From Octopus vulgaris (taxonomy: Eukaryota): a stretch of DNA of 64,000 bases. The position numbers and the translations under genes were made by a program. Below the pieces are notes generated by a model. It ran no database searches. It was not told the origin of the DNA and saw only the letters and a list, made by a program, of their open reading frames with translations. The stretch is taken from the NCBI GenBank assembly GCA_951406725.2, contig OX597819.1, positions 15,128,001-15,192,000 of the forward strand. The letters are read 5' to 3'. Below, in pieces: positions 54,795 through 64,000 of this stretch. Numbering within the stretch: the first letter of the stretch is position 1; each line of letters starts with the position of its first letter.

Positions 54795-55100
54795 AGCCAT
54801 TTAAAAACACACAAACACCGTTAGATTCACATCAACATTTAAATTTAACTTGTCAAAATAATTTCGTCGCTTTGAGACCGCGACCTATTCACTGCAGCTC
54901 CGAATTTTGTCAGTGAACAAGGTCGCGGTCTCAAAGCGACGAAAATATTTCAACAAATTAAATTTAAATTTTGAAGTGAATCTAACGGTTTTTGGGTGTT
55001 TCTTAAATGGCTTATAAACACCTTACATGCTGGAATTGTTTTTGTTACTACACACGATTCCAGATCAGGTCACTTGTTATGCAAGTACATCTCCGTAATA
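54795..55100. mobile_element. Palindromic MITE-like element (~100-bp arms, 16-nt spacer)
   Basis: Arms 54795-54894 / 54911-55012. The terminus 55050-55100 recurs in reverse complement at ~35144-35194. Confidence 0.75.
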
Positions 55101-55429
55101 CTGTAAACTTATTTGTTTAAACACTTATGCAATTGGTTGATTTTATAATTATGCTGAATAAGCAACTTTTCATGTATTATTGTTGAAAGACTGTTTTCGT
55201 AATATTTGCGGTATTGTCCAGTTTAAGGGTATGATTGATTGATTCTAGTTTCAGCTCACGAGCTGTGGCCATTCTGGGGCACCGCCATTTAGAGTATAGT
55301 GAAGTGATTTAATATTTTAATAGAATCAAAGACTAAAAGAGAATCGGAGGATACAGAAAAGCATTATAGGAATGGAAGAAATTTAAAAATAATTATTCAA
55401 GTGATCCGTTTTGAAATTACAGATAATGA

Positions 55430-55900
55430 TTCTTCTTCTTTAGGTCTGTTGGTGCCTTTGAGTAGCAGATCAAGCAGTCAGTGATCTCCAATTATCTCCG
55501 TCTCTGGCCACCCCTGTATGCTTCTTCCCAGGTGATGTTCAGTCCGCATAAGTCTTCTTTGAAAGTATTACACCATGACCATGTCTTCCTTGGCTGACCT
55601 CTTCTTCTCTTACCGTCCATCCCGTGGCTGTTTTTGGCAAGCCTCTTCCCTGGCAGCCAGCCTTAGTATATGTCCAGTCATTCTCCATTCGTGTTCGGTT
55701 ACAATTTGCATGCAGAGACCTTCCTCTTGCTGCTTGCAGAATGGCTTCATTTGTCACTCTGACTCGATAAGGAATTCTTAGAATAAATGGAATAAACAGA
55801 AAAGGACGAGTTTTATGAACAACTACAGGATGTGGTCAATAACACACCTCGATTTCACATCAATTCACTTTATGGGGGACGGAAATGCTCAGCTCGATTC
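55430..55900. mobile_element. RTE LINE remnant: 3' end on minus (55430-55770) and endonuclease piece on plus (55798-55900)
   Basis: Minus strand: GHILRL..GKRRRGQPRKTW..ITWEEA with a (GAA)n tail. Plus strand: EKDEFYEQLQDVV..MGDGNAQL. Confidence 0.8.
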
Positions 55901-55939
55901 CAACAGTAGAGCCATGTTTCGTCCAAAATCGTATCAGGC

Positions 55940-56358
55940 CATGTCTAACTTAATAGCATCGTCGGATAGTTTTGTGGTATCATAATCCATTCAAGGTGGG
56001 AGTTGTTGCCGATTAGCCCCTTATACATGTATCCAGGTACAGGGGGCTTGTCTGGTATCTTCCGAAAAATCCGTCCAGATATCGTTTGAAGAAAACGGGA
56101 TCTTTTTCGTCTTTTGATTTGTTTTAGGCCAATATTAAAGAAAGCAGGGTCTGTTGAGGACAAGTAATTGGGTTGTAATGTATTTATGTGTTATGAGCCT
56201 GAATTATATGGGGGGGGGGGGTATTCAACCTTGGCTGGATTCTGAATTTAAGCTTTTGGGGCAGTGCTAGTCTACACCCTGTACATAACTCCATGCCCCC
56301 CTACACGGCCTTGCTTTTTGCTTTTTGAGCCAAAAAATTAACTAACTAACTAACTAAC
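55940..56358. mobile_element. CR1-like LINE remnant, C-terminus on minus and (CTAA)n-tailed UTR on plus
   Basis: Minus strand: PAFFNI..KIPDKPPVPGY..NNSHLEW, similar in pattern to 16855-17105. Plus strand ends AATTAACTAACTAACTAACTAAC. Confidence 0.55.
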
Positions 56359-56709
56359 ATATATAAGATGAATGTAAACACACACACACAATGAATTTTT
56401 AAGAAGTCAAATGAGCCCCCAACGTTCTCTCTAGTCCTGCTAGATATGGCAGCCAAATCTTTCTCATATTACACCATATTATATTTTTAAAAAACAAGGA
56501 CTAGTTACATAATGCAATTCCCGATTCGCCATCTGAAAGAAACACAGGAAGATATTTAATCAAACGAAAACACCATGTTATGACATTCATTCATTCATTC
56601 ATTCATTCATTCATTCATTCATACATACATACATACATGCATGCATGCATGCATGCATACATACATACATACATACATACATACATACATACATACATAC
56701 ATACATACA

Positions 56710-56747
<38 letters not shown>

Positions 56748-57173
56748 GGGACGACGTATTGGATGGTGAGGAACTGGATGTCGCGAGCATAAAAATCTGA
56801 GATGGTCATTGTCCAAATGCCTTCCAGACTGATCTAAGATTAAACAACAGAATTTTCACTCGATCTGCCAGAAATGGCAACCAAATTTCTCCTTCTAATC
56901 ATACCGAAACCTTTAAGAATTGAGAAAATGGAGCCATTCAATAAAGTACGAGTGCGGCATGTTTTGGAGGGAGTGAAGCTGGTGAACAGTGAAACATATT
57001 TGATTAGGGTTGACCAACACTAAAACAATAAGAACGATGGTAAATCTCGAATTTCGCAGTAATTCAAAATTCTCTGAAGGAGCAGCGAATACTGCTTGTA
57101 AGGGGAGATAACTTAAGTGATGACTTAAGATAACGTAAAGAAAGGTTACCTCCCTTGAAATTTCAAGTACAGT

Positions 57174-57383
57174 TACTCTTACTCTTTACTCTTTTATTTG
57201 TTTCAGTCATTTGACTGCGGCCATGCTGGAGCACCGCCTTTAGTCGAGCAAATAGACCCCGGGACTTATTCTTTTGTAAGCCCAGTACTTATTCTATCGG
57301 TCTCTTTTGCCGAACCGCTAAGTAACGGGGACGTAAGCACACCCGCATCGGTTGTCAAGCAATGCTAGGGGGGACAAACACAT

Positions 57384-57424
<41 letters not shown>

Positions 57425-57589
57425 CGACAGGTTTCTTTCAGTTTCCGTCTACCAAATCCACTCACAAGGCATTGGTCGGCCCGGGGCTATAGCAGAAGAC
57501 ACTTGCCCAAGATTCCACACAGTGGGACTGAACCCAGAACCATGTGGTTGGTTAGCAAGCTACTTACCACACAGCCACTCCTGCGCCTA
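57174..57589 (-). mobile_element. SINE family A
   Basis: Family match. Confidence 0.92.
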
Positions 57590-57804
57590 TAGTTAGAATA
57601 TCAGATGATAAAAATTGTTTGTCTGAGGGTAAAAATTTCAAAATACCCACCGCATAATAGCTACGACAAAGTTGGCTCCTTAAATCATAAAAATTGCTTC
57701 TACTTTTGACACAAATCTAGAGATTTGAGGAAAGGAGATTAGTCGATTAAAATGACTGGTATTTTATTTTTTCAACCTAAGGGTTCACCGTAAACTGGAT
57801 CTGG

Positions 57805-58144
57805 GACCCCCTTCGGTCACGACACTGACCATGGGATTGCACCTAGAAAGTTACCCTCCTAGTCACAATTCTGGGCAAGGTGGTTTTTATGGAAGACCAG
57901 CAGTCGCCCATGCATACCGGCCTCCCCTCTCCACGCCATCAGTGTTATCCAAGGGAAAGGCAAAGGGACCGATACAGCTTGGCACCCGTGACGTCGCAAC
58001 TCATTTCTACAGCTGAGTGAACTGGAGCAACGTGAAATAAAGTGTCTTGCTCAAGAACACAACACGCAGCCCGGTCCAGGATTCGAGCTCGCAACCTCAC
58101 GATCGTAAGCTCGACGCTCTAACCACTGAGCCATGTGCCTTCAC
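57805..58144 (-). mobile_element. SINE family E
   Basis: Homologous to 24466-24797. Confidence 0.9.
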
Positions 58145-58470
58145 CTGAGCCATGCGCCGTAAACTATAAACTATAAAATTTAACTTTACTCCAAAATATT
58201 AATTTTTAAACCTTAAGCATTTTATATATACGTATGTGTGTGTGTGTGTGTATATAATCTCTTCTGCTTTAAACAATTCTGAGGATAATATTCTGACTGA
58301 ACAAGTCAGAAATAAAAAGTCATGGTCGGGTTCATACTCCTCATTGAAAAGTTGGAGGGGATGAAAAAAATTCAAAATTCTGAACATTTTTTTATTCGCA
58401 GAGTATTGTAATTCCCATTATTTACATTATTTACATTTGACGGATATTTGTCCTCATCTTGTTTGTTGTT

Positions 58471-58516
58471 AACACAACGTTTCAGCTGAAATACTCTCCA
58501 GCCTTCATCAGGTGTC
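58471..58516 (-). ncRNA. Minimal hammerhead ribozyme
   Basis: Minus strand: GACAC-CTGATGA-A-GGCTG(GAGAGTATTT)CAGCT-GAA-ACGT-T-GTGTT. Confidence 0.68.
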
Positions 58517-58579
58517 TTGGGGAAATTACAAAAGCTGAAGAAGGTTGTGAAGGCTGGAGGGTATATCAGCTGAAACGTT

Positions 58580-58858
58580 ATCATCACCATCATCATCATC
58601 GTTTAACGTCCATTCTCCATGCTAGCATGGGTTGGACGGTTCGAACTGGGATCTGGAAAGCCATAAGGCTGCACCAGGCTCCAATCTTATCTGGCAATGT
58701 TTCTACAGCTGGATGCCCTTCCTAACGCCAACCACTCCATGAGTGTAGTGGGTGCTTTTTACGTGCCACCCGCACAGGTGCCAGGCGAGGCTGGCAACGG
58801 CCACGGTCGGATTGGTGCATTTTACGTGCCACCGGCACGGAAGCCAGTCGAGGCGGGG
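58580..58858 (-). mobile_element. Retroposon 3' fragment (family F) with (ATG)n tail
   Basis: Minus strand: GGTTGGCGTTAGGAAGGGCATCCAGCTGTAGAAAC..GGACGTTAAACGATGATGATG. Confidence 0.75.
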
Positions 58859-59566
58859 AAGCAACAAACAAGATGAGGACAAATGTCCGTCAAATGTAAA
58901 TAATGTAAATAATGTACATTAATTCATCTCTCAAATATAGAACTGAACGGCAATTTACTTTGCTTAAAACAGAGAAACTCAAAGAAATTTCAGGAAAATA
59001 TATAAATCTACAGTCTATGATCAAGTCCAAATTCATTGGGATTGCTTGTAGGTTTTTTTTTTTTTTGGTTTTTTTTTCTTAAACAGTGTCTGCAGATAAC
59101 AATGTCGTCAATATTAAAGAAAGCAGGGTCTGTTGAGGACAAGTAATTGGGTAGTAATGTATTTATGTGTTATGAGCCTGAATTATATGTGGGGGGGGGG
59201 GTATTCAACCTTGGCTGGATTCTGAATTTAGGCTTTTTGGGCAGTGCTAGTCTACACCCTGTACATAACTCCATGTCCCCCTACATGGCCTTGCTTTTTG
59301 CTTTTTGAGCCAAAAAATTAACTAACTAACTAACTAACATATATAACATGAATGTAAACACACACACACACACACACAATGAACTCTTAAGAAGTCAAAT
59401 GAGCCCCCAACGTTCTCTCTAGTCCTGCTAGATATGGCAGCCAAACTGTTGATTCACAACAGCCCTGATTCCCTGTTTCTTTACTCCGAGTAACGTCAGG
59501 TATTTTGGTTAATGTGTGTATATGTGATGGGATGGTGGGAGGGAAAGCCGACCGTGGATTAAATAT

Positions 59567-59975
59567 TACTCTTTTACTCTTTTACTTGTTTCAGTCATTT
59601 GACTGCGACCATGCTGGAGCACCGCCTTTAATCGAACAACTCGACCCCGGGACTTATTCTTTTGTAAGCCCAGTACTTATTCTATCGGTCTCTTTTGCCG
59701 AACCGCTAAGTAACGGAGACATAAACACACCAGCATTGGTTGTCAAGCAATGCTAGGGGCACAAACACAGACACACAAACACACACACGCATATATATAT
59801 ATATATACATATATACGACAGGCTTCTTTCAGTTTCCGTCTACCAAATCCACTCACAAGGCTTTGGTCGACCCGAGGCTATAGTAGAAGACACTTGCCCA
59901 AGGTGCCACGCAGTGGGACTGAACCCGGAACCATGTGGTTGGTAAACAAGCTACTTACCACACAGCCACTCCTGC
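59567..59975 (-). mobile_element. SINE family A
   Basis: Family match. Confidence 0.92.
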
Positions 59976-60159
59976 ACCAATATGTTTGTTTTGTTTTTTT
60001 ATTCAATAACTTAGGCAGCGCTGCCACTCAGACCTGGGAACTCAGAACTCGAAGAGAAACAACTGCAAGAAATTTGTCAGGCGCACTATCACTTCTGTTA
60101 ATTCACTACATATATTTACTGGGGGGAGGGGTTCGGCCGCCAGTGTTGAAAGCATCGTG

Positions 60160-60520
60160 GTAATCAGAACATTATTAAGCGGGTCTACTTTATACAACTG
60201 CTCAAAGTATGTCTGTATTTGTTGCAGGTGAGAATGTTGAACTTGTTGACCGCTTCACCTATCTCGGCAGTGGGGTCCATAGCAACATCAGCTTCGAGTC
60301 TGAAGTCCTAAAAGGAACTTGAACATCCTGGTGCAGTGGTGGACTCATTGGACAAGAATGTTTGGCACTGCCAATATCTGAGCAAGAGGACAAAGGTTCG
60401 GATCTTCACGTCTCTGGTTCTCCCTGCCCTGCTGTATAGCTGTTAGACTTGTACACTCTCCAAGGGCCCTAGCAGTCGCCTGAGATCCTTTGATATCAGG
60501 ACGCTTCGCAAGATTGAGTT
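60160..60520 (+). mobile_element. RTE LINE RT fragment
   Basis: GENVELVDRFTYLGS..LSKRTKVRIFTSLVLPALLYSC*T..LRKI. Confidence 0.85.
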
Positions 60521-60532
60521 ACCATTGGCCAC

Positions 60533-60642
60533 TCAAATACTCCGGATGGTGCTCGAAAAATAAGGGGTGTTACCTTAGTTCACTGGTAGTGAACAGCTGA
60601 CACCATAGTACATCTCCAGCATTAGAAGATGTGCAAAGACAA
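60533..60642 (+). mobile_element. R4/Dong LINE extreme 3' end with (TAA)n tail
   Basis: Reverse complement of 26901-27005 (ILRMVLEK*). Confidence 0.88.
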
Positions 60643-60659
60643 TAAATAATAATGATAAC

Positions 60660-60701
<42 letters not shown>

Positions 60702-62061
60702 TATAATAATAATGGTGTGAAATAACAAAAACTGATTACTGTGAGAAAGCACAAGAACAACAATTCGTTAAGGAAGGAAGCAGATATTTTCATTAAAAAA
60801 CTGTTGACATACGTTCATGATTTCTTTATTGATATTACAGTCGAGGGTAAAGATCTTTGAAAAAAAAAATGAGAAAGTGAGGGGAAGAAAAAGGAGGGAA
60901 GAGGGGGGAATTCATCACAAATAATTTTGTTCTTTGTTTTTCTTTTTTAATTCAAGTCGTCTGTTTTCAAAATGTCTTTAAATAAAATCTCTAAACTGGA
61001 AAAAAAATACACAAACCAAAATCACAAGAAAAAGAAAAAACATAACATATTAAATATTAAATATTAATTAACAGACAGGATTTAGAGGAGGGACTGTGTT
61101 GAGAGGCCAACATTTTACTACCCCCCAGCTTCGCTGCATTCAGCTGCAAACCTGGGTATCGCCACCCGTAACAGAGAAGAGAAAAAAAGTAAATAAATAC
61201 AAGTGTTCCCCAACCCTGCACTACTGATTTCCTCCACAAAATCAGGATAATGGTGGCCCATCTGAGAAATGAGCCCCCTGAGATATAAATTGACTGCTGC
61301 AGCAAGTGTCACTGGCCATTATTCTCTTGGCAACACCGTTGCAGTCATGACTGCAGGGCACAACTGAGCATACCATTATTCAGGGAGGGGGGACCCCCGT
61401 TGCCCCACCCCCCGCCCCGCTCCATCTTCTGTTGCTTAATCCCCTACCTTTTTTACCTTTCTTTTTCTGTTTCTTTGTAATTAAGTTGTGATCCAATTAA
61501 AATTAAATAAAGACCATCACTAACACACACACACACACATGTATGCGCATATACACACATGATGTACTCGCACACAAAATAAAATGGTTTATTAATAAAC
61601 AGAATAAATAAAAAATTTTTAAAAAACTAGTCAACAAGTGAACAACAACAACAACAACAACAACAACTAATTCAGGGTCACCTGACCAATTCAATGTAAC
61701 AACCGGCATCATTTCAACAAAACTCGTTGCTGTCTTTAACGAGATGATATATTTTACAGCCTAGCTATCAGGACAGCTTCACTTGCCCACCGAATCCCAA
61801 CTGCTCCCCCACCACACACACACACACACACACATACACACACCCATCCTTGCATGTTCATCTGTACATCACCAATTAAACATTACTTTAATTAGCCACC
61901 CCACCCTCCCTCCACCCCATCACAGACATCCACTCAACCAGAGTTAAACAACAACAATAAATAAATCATCCTTTAAGACTATAATTGTATGTGTGCGTGT
62001 GCACATATGTACATGTATATATGTGTGTGTGTATATATATACACATATATATATATATGTA

Positions 62062-62092
<31 letters not shown>

Positions 62093-62680
62093 GAGTGAGT
62101 TTGACAAACGATAGACGGGCACTCAACCGATTTATTGGGAGTTACAATGTATGGATCAAAGCAGTGTTAGTCATCAGTCATTTTGAATTTGAATCATATT
62201 CAAAACGGCTGAAGACTAGCATCACACTTGAAACTCAAGAGTAGCAATGAACATACATATGTGTGTGTATAGATGTTTGTATGTATATATATATGAGAAA
62301 ATAGATAGGTTATCAATAAATTATTATTTATTAATTACAAAATTGTCAAATTTTTAATTGATAGATAGTAATTTATTAAATTATCTCTATATTCTCATTT
62401 TATTATAATAAATAAATATATGTAAACCACTGTTTATATAGTCACCCAGCAGTTGAGTATTAACTGTAATGTTCAACATTCTTTGTAAAGGTCACTAACC
62501 AGTACTTTCATAGGATTTTACTATTCCTGAATGAGGTTTGTAACCTTTATTTGTGCTTATATATATATATGTGTGGAGCTATATCTGTAGTAAATAGGAA
62601 TACGTGGTCTTTGGCTGCTATTTCTAAATTTTCGGTATGTGGCTAAGCAACGTGTTACTTAACCCTAATTATATATACAC

Positions 62681-62729
<49 letters not shown>

Positions 62730-62809
62730 TAAAAAGAATTCCAACCTTGTCTGATTTTCACGTTTTATTTACAATCTTATAATGATATCCCTCTCTCTCT
62801 CTTTCGGAG

Positions 62810-62970
62810 AGGCACAAGCACCTACACGCACATATACACACACGGCAGTAACTTCCACCTACCGAATTCAATCACAAAGCTCCGGTCAGCTCGGGGCTAT
62901 AGTGAAAGACACCTACCCAAAGTGCCACGCAGTGGGACTGAACCCGAAACCATATAGCTAGGAAGCAAGC
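62810..62970 (-). mobile_element. SINE family A 5' part, diverged
   Basis: Family match. Confidence 0.75.
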
Positions 62971-63239
62971 TATATTATAAGATAATATATTATAATTGAA
63001 TAAAATAAAATGAAATAGTAGAATGTTAAATATTCATTCTGATTGAACTAGTACTTTCATGCATTGAATTCTGCAATCTTCGGGTTCATGTAGTAGTGTT
63101 GACAGTCATGCTTCACAATTTTTGACTGTAGCAAGATGAGTGATTCTGTGCTATAAATACAGCTGGGTAGGCTCGAGAGTGCTAGGTTTTGCAAACTGTA
63201 TTCTGACCAATCAGTGTGTAGTATCACTCAATTACAATA

Positions 63240-64000
63240 TACCTAGACGACTGTTTCATAATCTGGACAGAATCTCTAAATACTCTGGAAGAGTTCAATA
63301 TCCTCCTGAACAACCTACACCCATCTCTCAAATTTACAAAGGAGATGAGTAGTACCAAATTACCATTCCTGGATATAATGGTAATTAAAAAAGACACCAC
63401 CATCACCACAGATATATACTATAAACACACAGACACACATCAATACCTAAATTTTAAGTCGTGCCATCCACCACATACAAAACGTAACATCCCATACTGC
63501 CTAGCCAGAAGAATTTGTACTATTGTAGAAGATGCAAATATCAGGAACAAACGCCTAATAGAACTAAGAGAATTTTTGCTCAAACAAAAATACCCATCTC
63601 TACTTATAGAAAATGGCATACAGCGGGCTATAAAAATACCTATACAACAACTTAGGACAACCCAAGGAAGAGGAAAACAAGAACAAGTCATACCATTCAT
63701 AGTGACACACAACCCATGTCACCAGAATATCTTCAACATTGCCAAAGCAAACCTACCAATCATTGCCCAAAGTAATGAATTAAAAGACATAATCAAGGAT
63801 CGAGCTATGGTGCTTAGTAAAAGACAGCCTAAAAACTTGAAAACATTACTAACAAAGGCAAAATTTGACCTCAGCAACAAAGACCAAACATTCACGGTAT
63901 CTAAATGCAATGATAGCCGATGTGGCACATGCCAATTCATACATACCGGTCAATATATAAACACAAAAACCGGGAAAATATTCACAAACGCGAATATGAA
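63240..64000 (+). mobile_element. Penelope-like element (Neptune-type) RT ORF, 5'-truncated, open to the window end
   Basis: 253 uninterrupted codons: YLDDCFIIW..LNNLHPSLKFT..LPFLDI..TDIYYKHTDTHQYLNFKSCHPPHTKRNIPYCLARR..QKYP..PFIVTHNP..KRQPKNLKTLLTKA..KCNDSRCGTCQF. Confidence 0.93.

Larger units (their letters stand above)
58410..58945. mobile_element. Hammerhead-bearing foldback element (family of 31324-31925), right arm interrupted
   Basis: Left arm ~58418-58510 pairs with the right arm 58547-58579 + 58861-58914. Confidence 0.78.
56130..59445. repeat. ~330-bp direct duplication (56130-56457 and 59109-59445)
   Basis: Near-identical copies ~3 kb apart. Confidence 0.93.

Overview
AT-rich, repeat-saturated eukaryotic non-coding DNA (intergenic or a large intron). 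The tRNA-derived SINE families and dense (TA)n/(TG)n/(GATA)n/(TAA)n microsatellites look like a coleoid cephalopod, probably Octopus; this is my inference from recall, not a database result. I find no recognisable host gene, rRNA, tRNA gene or CRISPR array, and nearly all ORFs in the supplied track are microsatellite or SINE translations. The coding-derived sequence is all mobile-element: a mariner transposase split by a SINE (1110-2180), R4/Dong-type LINE pieces embedded in TAA repeats, RTE and CR1-like LINE fragments, and an uninterrupted Penelope-like (Neptune-type) reverse transcriptase frame at 63240 to the window end that the ORF track missed. Non-autonomous Helitrons and MITEs are also present. 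The most interesting signal is non-coding: several minimal type-I hammerhead ribozyme motifs with palindromic stem III (4587-4634, 31414-31459, 46538-46583, 46722-46767, 58471-58516, plus degenerate ones). Most sit in short ORF-less foldback elements with outward-pointing inverted arms next to microsatellites. Other oddities are a 76-nt TAA-tailed mini-SINE, a SINE retroposed as a head-to-tail multimer, a ~162-bp duplication flanking a SINE, and the likely partner LINE of the commonest SINE. Family letters A-F are my working labels, and all coordinates were read by eye.
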